64,000 bases of DNA from Solirubrobacteraceae bacterium (GTDB lineage: Bacteria > Actinomycetota > Thermoleophilia > Solirubrobacterales > Solirubrobacteraceae): the NCBI GenBank assembly GCA_035552235.1, contig DASZLT010000040.1:10412-74411 (forward strand). The letters run 5' to 3'. Each line of letters opens with the position of its first letter. Position 1 is the first letter of the stretch. Shown here one piece after another: positions 8,923 to 18,339 of this stretch. Made by a program: the position numbers and the translations under genes. The notes below the pieces were generated by a model. It did not search any database, was not told the origin of the DNA, and saw nothing but the letters and a program-made list of their open reading frames with translations.

Positions 8923-10499
8923 GCGGCGCGACGACACGTCCGATCCTGTCGGACTCGCAGTTCGAGAAGCTCCGCGGCCGCGGCGAGGAGCGCACGGCCG
9001 CCGTCGGCGACGTGCTCTACCGCGTGGGCGACCAGCGCTACCCGCTGATCGCGATCCTCGAGGGGGAGGCTGCGATCCGCAATGGAGACGGGACGGAGAT
9101 CATCCGCCATGGCACCGGCGGCTTCCTCGGGGAGATCAACCTGCTCTCGGGGCAGACCGTCTACCTGACAGCGGTCGTGACCGAGCCGATGCGCTACATC
9201 GCGGTCGAGCGCGAGGCCGTGCGCGAGCTGATGGCCGACGACGAGCCGCTCGCCGAGCTGATCATCAGCACCTTCATCGCCCGCCGTGAGGTGCTGCAGG
9301 AGGTCGACGGGGTGGGGCTCGAGATCCTCGGGCCGTGGTCGGTCGAGGAGACCCGCTCGCTGGTCGAATGGGTGCGCCGGGCACGCCTGCCGTACTCCTT
9401 CTCCGACACCGATCGCGATGAGACCGCGCGGGCGAGCGTCGCGGCACTCGGCGGTGAGCCGCTACCGCTCGTGCGCCTGCCCGGCGGGGAGGACCTGTGG
9501 GGACCGACGCCCGGGCGGCTGTTTCGCGCACTCGGGATCGGGCTCGAGCTCGCGCCGCGCGAGACCGTCGATCTGCTGATCGTCGGCGGCGGACCGGCCG
9601 GCCTCGGCGCTGCGGTGTACGGCGCCTCGGAGGGGCTCAACACGCTCGTGATCGAGACTGGGTCGCTCGGCGGCCAGGCGGGCACGTCACGGCGGATCGA
9701 GAACTACCTCGGCTTCCCCGCGGGCATCTCGGGCGCGGAGCTGACAATGCGCGCGATCGCGCAGGCGCGCAAGTTCTCGGCGCGCACGGCCACGCCCTAC
9801 CGCGCGGTCGCGCTGGAGCCGGGGGAGGAGCGGCACGTGGTCCGCTTGGAGGATGACCACTGCATCGAGGCGCGCGCCGTGCTGCTGGCGACCGGCGCGC
9901 AGTACCGGCGCCTGCCGGTCGAGGATCTGGCGCTGTACGAGGGTCAGAGCGTGTTCTACGCCGCCGGCCCGCCCGAGGCGAAGCTCTGCGGAGGGACCGC
10001 GGTCGGTGTCGTTGGCGGCGGCAACTCCGCCGCGCAGGCGGCGGTCTGGCTGGCCCGCGGCGGCGCGAGCGTGACGCTGGTGCACCGTCGCGGCGACCTG
10101 CGCGAGACGATGTCTGATTATCTGATCCACGAGTTGGACCGCTACGGAGTGACCGTGCGCGACCGCAGCGAGGTCGATGCGCTGCACGGCGAGGACGGGC
10201 GACTGGAAGCGGTCACGCTGCGCGACGGCTCGCGCATGGAGCTGCGCTTCCTGTTCCTGTTCCTCGGCGCGAGCCCGTGCACCGAGTGGCTCGACGAGAC
10301 GGTCGCGCGCGATGAGCACGGCTTCGTGCTGACCGGCTCTGCCGCCGGTGCGGATGGGCTGCTCGAGACGAGCGTGCCGGGCGTCTTCGCCGCCGGCGAT
10401 GTGCGCTCGGGGTCGGTCAAGCGCTGCGCCACCGCCGTGGGCGAGGGCGCGATGGTGGTCGCCTACGTCCACGAGTGGATGTCGAGCATTCCCGCTTAG
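8919..10499 (+). CDS. cNMP-binding-domain FAD-dependent oxidoreductase (thioredoxin-reductase-like, no CxxC)
   Basis: N-terminal cNMP-binding (GFLGEINLL); GGGPAGLGAAVYGASEGL, IENYLGFP, GGGNSA, GVFAAGDVR; ATGA overlap with ZnF gene. Confidence 0.88.
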   Translation: MSGATTRPILSDSQFEKLRGRGEERTAAVGDVLYRVGDQRYPLIAILEGEAAIRNGDGTEIIRHGTGGFLGEINLLSGQTVYLTAVVTEPMRYIAVEREAVRELMADDEPLAELIISTFIARREVLQEVDGVGLEILGPWSVEETRSLVEWVRRARLPYSFSDTDRDETARASVAALGGEPLPLVRLPGGEDLWGPTPGRLFRALGIGLELAPRETVDLLIVGGGPAGLGAAVYGASEGLNTLVIETGSLGGQAGTSRRIENYLGFPAGISGAELTMRAIAQARKFSARTATPYRAVALEPGEERHVVRLEDDHCIEARAVLLATGAQYRRLPVEDLALYEGQSVFYAAGPPEAKLCGGTAVGVVGGGNSAAQAAVWLARGGASVTLVHRRGDLRETMSDYLIHELDRYGVTVRDRSEVDALHGEDGRLEAVTLRDGSRMELRFLFLFLGASPCTEWLDETVARDEHGFVLTGSAAGADGLLETSVPGVFAAGDVRSGSVKRCATAVGEGAMVVAYVHEWMSSIPA

Positions 10500-10982
10500 G
10501 AGTCGGGGACGTCGTCGGCCTGGTCGGCGGCGTCGGTCGCGGGCGCGTAGGGGATGAAGGCGCGCGGCCCGACCTTCGGCGACGACGGCGGCGCTCGGCA
10601 GGCCGAGGCCGTCGCGCATGCCGGCGATGCGCATCAGGAAGCAGACGACGGCTCCGACGATCGGGAAGACGATGCTGTGATCGCCCGCGCGGTAGGCGGT
10701 CACGACGATTCCTGAGCCGCAGAGCGCGGGGATCGCGTAGAAGCCGCCGCGCAGGATCATCGGAATCTCGCGGACGAGGATGTCCCGGATGGTGAAGCCC
10801 GCGATGCCCACGACGACCGCGAGCAGCATCGCGCCGAACAGGTCGAGCTGCCCGCGCACGCCGGCCATGCCGCCGCTCAGACCGAACACGAACACGCCGC
10901 TCAAGCTGAGCACCAGGATCAGCGTCGCATTGATGCCGGGAACCACGGAACCGGTCAGCTGATGGATCGGGCCGGTGGTCAC
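10496..10982 (-). pseudogene. TRIC cation channel / UPF0126 (YadS-like) membrane protein with internal deletion and 3' frameshift
   Basis: FGLSGGMAG..LDLFG..GIAGFTIRDIL fused directly to REIPMILRGGFYAIPA; natural-looking end AFIPYAPATDAADQADDVPDS* lies in another frame. Confidence 0.7.
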
Positions 10983-11037
10983 GGTCGCGTGAGTCTATGC
11001 CGCACAATGGGGCGGTGATGGCTGACGGAGCGGTGCC

Positions 11038-12303
11038 TTGGAGCTGACCAACTGGGCTGGAAACCACCGCTACCTCGCCACCGTCCTGCACCGGCCCGAG
11101 ACGCTCGATCAACTGCGGCGGCTCGCGTCGGAGGCTCGCTCGCTGCGGGCGCTGGGCACGCGGCACACGTTCAATGCGATCGGCGACAGCGACGAGCTGG
11201 TGGCGCTCGATAGGCTCGCCGGTGCCGAGGAGATCGTCCTCGACCGCTCGGCGCTGACGGTGACGGTTGGTCCGGCGGTCACCTACGCGCAGCTGGCGGA
11301 CGCGCTCGAAGCCGGCGGCCTGGCGCTCGCGAACATGGCCTCGCTGCCGCACATCTCGGTGGCCGGCGCGGTCGCCACCGCCACCCACGGCTCCGGTGAC
11401 GCGCTCGGGAACCTGTCGACGTCGGTGCGGGCGATGCGGCTGGTCACGAGCGCGGGAGAGCTGCTCGACTTCGCTGCCGGCGACCCGCGCCTTGCCGGTG
11501 CCGTCGTGCACCTCGGCGCGCTCGGGATCGTCACCCGGGTTACGCTCGCGGTGGAGCCGTCCTACACGTTGAGTCAGCGGGTCTATCTCGACATGGAGTG
11601 GGATCAGCTCGCTGGGCACCTCGACGCGATCACCAGCGCCGGGCGCAGCGTCAGCGTCTTTCACCGCTTCGGTGAGCGCGTGCGCGAGGTCTGGGTGAAG
11701 GGCGCCGCGGCGGGTTCCGGGCCGTCGAGCCTGTTCGGGGCTCTCGCCGCGGCCGAGCCGCGCAACCCGGTGCCCGGCGCGGACCCCGCCTTCAGCACCG
11801 CTCAGCTCGGTGAGCCGGGGCCCTGGTGCGATCGCCTACCGCACTTCCGCGCGGCCTTCACTCCGAGCGCCGGTGAGGAGATCCAGTCGGAGTGGTTCGT
11901 CGCGCGCGCGGACGGGATCGCGGCGATCACGGCGCTGCGCGACGAATTGGGGCCACGGATAGGGCCGCTTCTGTACGTCTCGGAGATGCGCACGATCGCG
12001 GCAGACGAGCTCTGGCTGAGCCCGCACTACCGGCGCGACTCGATCGGGCTGCACTTCACCTGGCAGCGTGAGCCCGAGGCGGTGCGGGCCATCTGTATGG
12101 AGGTTGAGCGCGTGCTCGAGCCGTTCGCGCCGCGGCCGCACTGGGGCAAGGCCTTTGCGTCCGGAGCCGCTGGTCTCGCTGGTCTGTATCCGCGGATGGC
12201 GGACTTCCTGGCGCTGCGCTCCGAACTCGATCCGCGCGGCGCCTTCATCAACACGTGGCTTACGGAGAAGCTGCTCGGCGATGCCGCGGATCCGTCCGTA
12301 TAG
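11038..12303 (+). CDS. FAD-linked alditol/xylitol oxidase (AldO/XyoA family)
   Basis: TNWAGNH, GTRHTFN, NMASLPHISVAGAVATATHGSG, FTPSAGEEIQSE, HFTW, RPHWGK. Confidence 0.9.
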   Translation: MELTNWAGNHRYLATVLHRPETLDQLRRLASEARSLRALGTRHTFNAIGDSDELVALDRLAGAEEIVLDRSALTVTVGPAVTYAQLADALEAGGLALANMASLPHISVAGAVATATHGSGDALGNLSTSVRAMRLVTSAGELLDFAAGDPRLAGAVVHLGALGIVTRVTLAVEPSYTLSQRVYLDMEWDQLAGHLDAITSAGRSVSVFHRFGERVREVWVKGAAAGSGPSSLFGALAAAEPRNPVPGADPAFSTAQLGEPGPWCDRLPHFRAAFTPSAGEEIQSEWFVARADGIAAITALRDELGPRIGPLLYVSEMRTIAADELWLSPHYRRDSIGLHFTWQREPEAVRAICMEVERVLEPFAPRPHWGKAFASGAAGLAGLYPRMADFLALRSELDPRGAFINTWLTEKLLGDAADPSV

Positions 12304-12877
12304 GCCGGGCGATGAGCCCGAGCTAGCGTCGGTCTGCCTGCGGACGGCGGCATCGGGTGCTGATGCGACCGGGATGCTCGACGACGACGAGCTCTGGGCC
12401 AACCTGTTCGTGCTGCCGTACGTCACCCACGATCCGGAGCTCGCGTTCGTGGCCGAGGCCGACGACGGCCGCGTGGCCGGCTACATCGTGGCGACCGCGG
12501 ACACGGGTGGCTTCGAGGAATGGTTCCGGAGCGGCTGGTGGCCGCGGTTTGCTGGGCGCTGGCCCGAGCCGGTTCACGGGCTCAGTGAGCAGGATCGACT
12601 GCTGCGCTACGCCTACGGTCGCGGGAGCGAATCGATCCCCTATGCGGCCGAGTATCCCGCGCACCTGCATATCGATCTGCTGCCGGAGCTCCAGCGCCAG
12701 GGCTGGGGGAGGCGTCTGACCGCGGCGCTCACGGAGGCGCTGCGCGAGGCCGGTGTCCCGGGATTGCATTTGATAGCGCGCGCCGAGAACGTCGGCGCGG
12801 TGGCGTTCTACGAGCGGCTCGGTTTCTTGGAACTTGGGCGTGACCCGTCGATGGTCGCGTTCGGGATGGAGCTCTGA
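12281..12877 (+). CDS. GNAT family N-acetyltransferase
   Basis: IRPYRPGD, YPAHLHIDLLPELQRQGWGRRL, NVGAVAFYERLGF. Confidence 0.88.
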   Translation: MPRIRPYRPGDEPELASVCLRTAASGADATGMLDDDELWANLFVLPYVTHDPELAFVAEADDGRVAGYIVATADTGGFEEWFRSGWWPRFAGRWPEPVHGLSEQDRLLRYAYGRGSESIPYAAEYPAHLHIDLLPELQRQGWGRRLTAALTEALREAGVPGLHLIARAENVGAVAFYERLGFLELGRDPSMVAFGMEL

Positions 12878-12904
12878 CCCAGCGGCAACGAGCGCCGGGC
12901 TCGA

Positions 12905-13864
12905 TTAGCTCACGCCGTGGATGCAGCCGCTGCCAATGCCCGGGTCCGCGTTGCGCGGAGCCCCGTGGTGCCTGAAGGTGTGGCTTGAAAGGCTGACGAG
13001 CTTCGGGCCGTGCCACGCGTATACGGTCCTGGTCTCCGACCACCAGCCGTAGATCGTCGGACCGATGAGCTGATAGGCGCTTTGAATCAGCCGGGGCGGG
13101 TTGCCCGCCACACAGTTGAAGCCGGCTCTGGTTGCCGAGTCCCCACCGTAGGAGAGCATGCCGGCTGCAACCAGGCGGCCGCCCTGGAGGCCGTAGGCGA
13201 CTCCGGTCGCGCCGCTCGAGATCCGGGCGACCTCGAGGAAGATCTCGTCGCCCGGGTCGTCGTTGACATGGGCGATCGCGTCGAGCGCCGCTGCGTGCGT
13301 CAGCCGGATGGACTGCGCGATCGGAGTCGAGACGGTCCTACCGCCGGCGAAGACGACCTCCAGATAGGCACGCTCGGCGAAGAACTCCTTGAGCAGCTGT
13401 CTGGGTTCGCCGTTGAAGTAGCTCGGGTGCTTGCGGCTCAGCGTCGAGTAGACGATCACCAGATCGGGCCGGCGATCGCCGTTGATGTCGGCTCGCCTGA
13501 CGGTGACACACCCGGAACGCGCCGGCAGGTAGCGATCAGGTGCGGCCAGCGGGCACACGTCGGCTTCCACGCCGTAGCTGTCGGCCTGTGTGACAGGCGC
13601 GCCGGGGAACGCGGTGTTGGCGCTCGCGGGCGCGCCGCCGCCCGGGCCCGCTCCTGTCGGCGGTGCCCCGCGCCGCTGACCGCCCCCGGAGCCTCCGTGA
13701 CCCGCGGCCATGCCGGCGAGCAGCACGCCGGCCGCAAGCGCCGCGATCAGCAAGGCGCCGAACTGGCGGTGGCGCTGCTGGCGCCGGCGCGCGTCCTCGA
13801 TCACGCCGGCATCGACCTCGGAGTCAGGCGCGACGGTGGGCGGGGGAGGAGCCTGGGCGACCAT
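12905..13864 (-). CDS. Membrane-anchored/secreted hypothetical protein with FG-GAP-like Ca-binding loops
   Basis: VIEDARRRQQRHR + TM helix, Gly linker, ADINGDRRPDL and HVNDDPGDEIF motifs, paired Cys; strong promoter upstream. Confidence 0.65.
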   Translation of the reverse strand: MVAQAPPPPTVAPDSEVDAGVIEDARRRQQRHRQFGALLIAALAAGVLLAGMAAGHGGSGGGQRRGAPPTGAGPGGGAPASANTAFPGAPVTQADSYGVEADVCPLAAPDRYLPARSGCVTVRRADINGDRRPDLVIVYSTLSRKHPSYFNGEPRQLLKEFFAERAYLEVVFAGGRTVSTPIAQSIRLTHAAALDAIAHVNDDPGDEIFLEVARISSGATGVAYGLQGGRLVAAGMLSYGGDSATRAGFNCVAGNPPRLIQSAYQLIGPTIYGWWSETRTVYAWHGPKLVSLSSHTFRHHGAPRNADPGIGSGCIHGVS

Positions 13865-13869
13865 CGCAA

Positions 13870-13904
13870 TGTGCCAGTCTAGTTAGCACAATACCCTGTG
13901 TCAA
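13870..13904 (-). promoter_or_regulatory. Sigma70 promoter TTGACA-N17-TAGACT with overlapping palindromic operator TGTGCTA-N7-TGGCACA
   Basis: Consensus -35, 17 nt spacer and -10 on minus strand; palindrome at 13870-13890 covers the -10. Confidence 0.75.
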
Positions 13905-13950
13905 TCGGTTGGACGGGTTGGCATCGCGTGAGGGGTGTAGAACCACACGC

Positions 13951-14310
13951 ATGGACGACAAGATCAATCTCGCCGAGAAGTTCGCGCTGCTGGCCGGCCC
14001 GTACCAGCCGGGAGTCATCGGTTACATCAACGACTACAAGCTGCAGATCGTCAAGGTCGACGGCCCGTTCGTGTGGCACAAGCACGACGACACCGACGAC
14101 TTCTTCCTCGTGATCGAGGGCAGGCTGAGGATCCAGCTACGGGACCGCAACGTCGACCTCGGGCCGGGCGAGCTGTTCGTGGTGCCGGCCGGTGTCGAGC
14201 ACTGCCCGACGGCCGATGCGGAGGCTCTGGTGCTGTTGATCGAGCCGCGCGACACGGTCAACACGGGTGACGCCGGTGGTGCGCTGACCGTCGAGCCGGT
14301 CGAGCTCTGA
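13951..14310 (+). CDS. Cupin domain protein
   Basis: KVDGPFVWHKHDDTDDFFLV...GELFVVPAGVEHCP. Confidence 0.9.
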   Translation: MDDKINLAEKFALLAGPYQPGVIGYINDYKLQIVKVDGPFVWHKHDDTDDFFLVIEGRLRIQLRDRNVDLGPGELFVVPAGVEHCPTADAEALVLLIEPRDTVNTGDAGGALTVEPVEL

Positions 14311-14316
14311 GCGCCG

Positions 14317-14640
14317 TTAGCGTCGCGCGCGGTGGAGCAGCGCCCAGTGGCCGCCAAGCAGCAGCGCCGCCGCCACCACCTCGAGCCAGATCAGTGGGTT
14401 GCCGAGCGACAGCGCCCGCGCTCGAACCCAGATATGCGACGAGTAACCGGCCACGGTGGTCCACGAGAAGCGTCAGAGGTTGACGCGTGTCGCGCCGGCG
14501 GCGTAACCGAGGAATGCAAAGGGAACGACCGGGATCAGCCGTCCGGCGAGCAGCAGCGAGACACCGCCGCGTGTGACCCTCTCTTCGAGCTGGGCACAAC
14601 GCTCGCCCAGCAGCGCGCGCAGCAGTGGGCCGCCGTGATG
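14317..14640 (-). pseudogene. TVP38/TMEM64 (VTT/DedA-like) membrane protein remnant
   Basis: LLLAGRLIPVVPFAFLGYAAGATRVNL*RFSWTTVAGY (TGA replacing Trp); LVAYLGS in another frame; 5' half missing. Confidence 0.7.
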
Positions 14641-14808
14641 CCGGCGCCGGCGCCGACTCGCTGCTCCGGCGGCTCGGGCCGTTCGGTCGTCTCGGCATCC
14701 ATCGACGGAACAGCATGGCAAGGCGCGAGCTGCAAACTTGTGAAGGAGCCGCTACGGGCGTGCGTCACACCGACCGGCGTGAAGCCGGTCGTTCGGCCCT
14801 GTCGTTAT

Positions 14809-15000
14809 CTACGGCTGCCTGGGCGGGCGCTTGAGCGCGCTGGCCAGCCGCCGCAGCAGGCGCCGCGGGTGCGTCTCGATCGGGTAGTCGGTCTCCGGGT
14901 GCAGGTGCGCGTACTCAGCGGCCTTGTGCTCCAGCTCGTGCTCACGCTCGCGCGCCACCTCGTTGGCCAGCGTCGGCTGCACGGGAGGGATGAACGACAT
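14809..15000 (-). CDS. Small hypothetical protein (63 aa)
   Basis: ATG start with GGAG upstream, GC3-biased codons, fills an otherwise empty gap. Confidence 0.5.
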   Translation of the reverse strand: MSFIPPVQPTLANEVAREREHELEHKAAEYAHLHPETDYPIETHPRRLLRRLASALKRPPRQP

Positions 15001-15278
15001 GCCGACAAGCTACTCCCGCCGGCGGCAGCTGTACAGAGATCCGGGCTCAGGTCGGTTCAGAGATCCGAACTAGGGGTGACGTGCCGGGCAGTTCCGGCAA
15101 ACAAAAGTAAGTCGATTGCTCCACTCCAGATGCCCTGCTCGGCTCTAGACTGCGGTGGCAGCACAACCGTACGCCAGAGTCGCGCGATCCGCGGATCCGG
15201 CGCCTGACCGCCTGCATCGGGAGCCAGACCGGCACCGATACCAGGTCACTGACCCGCAACAACACCGGGAGAAGAATC

Positions 15279-16676
15279 GTGCCCTTCGAGCAGCCTGAAG
15301 TGAAACCCAAGATCCATGACTCGATCCTCGAACTCGTGGGTGACACGCCGCTGGTTCGGCTCACCCGGCTGCGTCCGGGCCTGACCGCTCAGCTGCTGGC
15401 CAAGGTCGAGTACTTCAACGCCGGTGGGTCGATCAAGGACCGGGTGGCGATCGCGATGCTCGAGGCGGCCGAGCGCGACGGACTGCTGAAGCCGGGCGGC
15501 ACGATTATCGAGCCGACCTCTGGCAACACCGGTACCGGCCTCGCGATCGCGGCACGCCTGAAGGGCTACAAGGTGATCGCGGTGATGCCGGACAAGATGT
15601 CGCGCGAGAAGATCGACCTGCTGCGCGCCTACGGCGCCGAGGTCGTGCTGGCCCCGACCAACGTCCCGCCCGATTCGCCGCGCTCCTACTACCGCGTCGC
15701 CGACCGGCTGGCCGAGGAGATCCCGGGCGGGTTCCAGCCCAACCAGTACCGCAACCAGGCAAACCCGCAGGCCCACTACGACTCGACCGCCCCGGAGATC
15801 TGGGAGCAGACCGGTGGCCGCATCACGCACCTGGTCGTCGGCGTCGGCACGGGCGGCACGATCACCGGCACCGCGCGCTACCTGCGCGAGCGCAACCCCG
15901 ACCTGGTGGTCGTCGGCGTCGATCCCGAGGGCTCGATCTACTCCGGCGGCGAGGAGAACGTGCGCCCCTACCTGATCGAGGGCGTAGGCGAGGACTTCTG
16001 GCCGGAGACCTTCGACCCGACCGTGGTCGACCGCTGGATCATGGTCTCCGACAAGGACGCGTTCCTGACGACGCGGGCGCTGGCCGAGAGCGAGGCGATC
16101 CTCACCGGTGGCTCCGGCGGCATGGCCGCCCACGGCGCCGTCCAGGTGGCCGCCGAGCTCGACGACCCCAGCGCGATGGTCGTCGTGATCCTCCCGGACG
16201 GCGGGCGCTCCTACCTATCCAAGGTCTTCTCCGACGCCTGGATGCAGCAGCACGGATTCCTCGAGCGCACCCAGGACCTGCTCGTCGGCGACGTGCTCAC
16301 GCAGAAGCTGCACGGCGGCCAGACGCCGACCTTCGTGAGTATCGAGGCCGACCACCTCGTGCGCGAGGCGGTGACGCTGCTCCATCAGCACGGGCTCTCG
16401 CAGCTGCCCGTGATCAGCGCCGGCAACGGCGGGCACGTGATCGGCGCCGTCGGCGAGCGCGGCCTGCTGCGCCACGCGGCCAGCAACCCCAACCTGCTCG
16501 ACGACGCGATCGAGCACGTGATGGAGCCGCCATTCCCGTCGGTGTCAGTCGACGATCCGGTGCGGGCCGCGATCGAGTTGCTGGTCGGCGAGCAGCAGGC
16601 GCTGCTCGTGACCCGCGACGGAACCCCCGAGGGGATCGTCACCCGCACAGACCTGCTCGAAGCGCTGGCCTCCTGA
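15279..16676 (+). CDS. cbs: Cystathionine beta-synthase with C-terminal CBS domains
   Basis: KVEYFNAGGSIKDR, EPTSGNTG, GVGTGGT, EGVGEDF, PDGGRSYLSK, CBS pair. Confidence 0.95.
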   Translation: MPFEQPEVKPKIHDSILELVGDTPLVRLTRLRPGLTAQLLAKVEYFNAGGSIKDRVAIAMLEAAERDGLLKPGGTIIEPTSGNTGTGLAIAARLKGYKVIAVMPDKMSREKIDLLRAYGAEVVLAPTNVPPDSPRSYYRVADRLAEEIPGGFQPNQYRNQANPQAHYDSTAPEIWEQTGGRITHLVVGVGTGGTITGTARYLRERNPDLVVVGVDPEGSIYSGGEENVRPYLIEGVGEDFWPETFDPTVVDRWIMVSDKDAFLTTRALAESEAILTGGSGGMAAHGAVQVAAELDDPSAMVVVILPDGGRSYLSKVFSDAWMQQHGFLERTQDLLVGDVLTQKLHGGQTPTFVSIEADHLVREAVTLLHQHGLSQLPVISAGNGGHVIGAVGERGLLRHAASNPNLLDDAIEHVMEPPFPSVSVDDPVRAAIELLVGEQQALLVTRDGTPEGIVTRTDLLEALAS

Positions 16677-16680
16677 GACG

Positions 16681-17808
16681 ATGAGTAGCGAAGCCAACAA
16701 CTACGGATTCGGCACGCGCGCGGTCCACGCCGGCCTGACCCCGGACCCGAGCTACGGCTCGGTGATCCCAGCGATCCACCAGACCTCGACCTACCGGCAG
16801 CCGCGACCTGGCACCTTCGTCGAGGACTACGACTACTCGCGTTCGGCCAACCCAACGCGCAAGGCGCTCGAGGACGCGCTCGGTGAGCTCGAGGGCGGCC
16901 GCGCGGTCGCCTTCTCCTCGGGCCTGGCCGCCGAGCACGCGGTGATCACCGCGACCTGCAGGGCGGGCGCGCACATCGTGCTGCCCAACGACCTCTACGG
17001 CGGCACCTATCGGCTGATCGACAAGGTGCTGACCAGATGGGGGCTCGGGTACACGCTGGTCGACCAGACCGATCCCGAGGCGCTCGCCGCCGCAATCACC
17101 GACGAGACCAGGCTGATCTGGGTCGAGACCCCCACGAATCCGCGGCTCGACGTCGTCGACATCAAGCAGGTCGTCGCCGCCAAGCGGCACGCGCTGGTGG
17201 CGGTCGACAACACCTTCGCGACCCCCGCCAACCAGAACCCGCTGGCCGACGGCGCGGACTTCGTCGTGCACTCGACGACCAAGTACCTCGGTGGGCATTC
17301 GGACGTCGTCGGCGGCGCCGCGATCACCAACAGCGACGAGGCCTACGAGCAGCTGCGCTTCGTGCAGAACTCGATCGGCGCCATGCCCGGCCCGTTCGAT
17401 TGCTTCCTCGTGCACCGCGGTCTGCGCACCCTGCACCTGCGCATGCAGGCCCACGCGCGCAGCGCCGAGGCGGTCGTCGAGTTGCTGCGCGTGACACCGG
17501 AGGCGAGTGATGTCCGCTGGCCCGGGTTCAGCGGCATGGTCAGCTTCCGCCATCCGGCGGCGCTCGAGATCGTGACCCGCACCAAGCTCTTCACGCTGGC
17601 CGAGTCGCTCGGCGGCGTCGAGTCGCTGATCGAGGTTCCGCAGGCGATGACGCACCAGTCGGTCGAGGGCTCAACCGCCGCCGTGCCGCCGGACCTGGTT
17701 CGCCTCAGCTGCGGAATCGAGGATCCCGAGGACCTGGTTGCAGACCTGCGCCAGGCGCTCGCCGTTGCGCGCTCGGTCGACGCGCCGGCTGTCGGCCTGC
17801 CGAACTAG
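16681..17808 (+). CDS. metB: Cystathionine gamma-synthase/gamma-lyase
   Basis: YSRSANPT, DLYGGT, VETPTNP, DNTFATP, HSTTKYLGGHSD, LAESLGGVESL. Confidence 0.92.
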   Translation: MSSEANNYGFGTRAVHAGLTPDPSYGSVIPAIHQTSTYRQPRPGTFVEDYDYSRSANPTRKALEDALGELEGGRAVAFSSGLAAEHAVITATCRAGAHIVLPNDLYGGTYRLIDKVLTRWGLGYTLVDQTDPEALAAAITDETRLIWVETPTNPRLDVVDIKQVVAAKRHALVAVDNTFATPANQNPLADGADFVVHSTTKYLGGHSDVVGGAAITNSDEAYEQLRFVQNSIGAMPGPFDCFLVHRGLRTLHLRMQAHARSAEAVVELLRVTPEASDVRWPGFSGMVSFRHPAALEIVTRTKLFTLAESLGGVESLIEVPQAMTHQSVEGSTAAVPPDLVRLSCGIEDPEDLVADLRQALAVARSVDAPAVGLPN

Positions 17809-17815
17809 ACAGGCC

Positions 17816-18279
17816 TCAGCTTCTGGGCGCCCCGCCGCTGCTGGGGCGCCCGAATCGCAGCTGGTTGCTATCCGGGTCGCGGATGCTGAACTCGCGGACG
17901 CCCCAGCGCTTGTCCAGTACCCGCTCGCTGATCATGCCCATGGCGTCCCCAGCCGCCCGGCGGCGGCGCGGTTCGGCGTTCATGTCGGCGGTGATCATCG
18001 TCCGGACCGGAATCGGTCGAGCGGACGCCATTGCGCGTGCAGTTCGTCGACCTCTGTCGTTTCCACATACACCTCGGAGTACGAGGAGAACAGGTCGAGC
18101 TCGGGGCTCGCCCGCAGGTGGATGCGCAGGCCCTCGCCTTCGGCGTATCCGTAACCGACGTCATGGCGCCGAACGCCGAAGCCGAGCAGCTCATAGAAGC
18201 GCATCGCCGTCTCCAGGCTGTGCGCCGGGAACACGGGGTCGGCGGATCCGATCCCGCTCTCGTGCTCCGCTCCTAACAT
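17816..18279 (-). pseudogene. VOC/bleomycin-resistance family protein, frameshifted near 18020
   Basis: N-half (PVFPAHSLETAMRFYELLGF..VDELHAQW) and C-half (DKRWGVREFSIRDPDSNQLRFG) are in different frames. Confidence 0.75.
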
Positions 18280-18339
18280 GGGCAGCCAGCCTAACCAGTC
18301 TGGCGCGGGGCGCGGGACTATGGTGCAACGGGCGGCAAG

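Noticed and set aside
9687-10495. 431-aa TRIC fusion protein
   Set aside because: The extension is antisense read-through into the flavoprotein gene caused by a frameshift
8919-10499. trxB assignment
   Set aside because: No CxxC active site and an extra cNMP-binding domain
14473-14475. Selenocysteine or recoded TGA in the VTT remnant
   Set aside because: Position corresponds to Trp, the gene is also truncated and frameshifted, and TGA is a normal stop elsewhere
15060-15278. Known SAM/SAH riboswitch or Cys attenuator peptide (MPCSALDC.., 15130-15207)
   Set aside because: Core riboswitch motifs not found; the peptide has only 2 Cys, no RBS, and overlaps the likely -10
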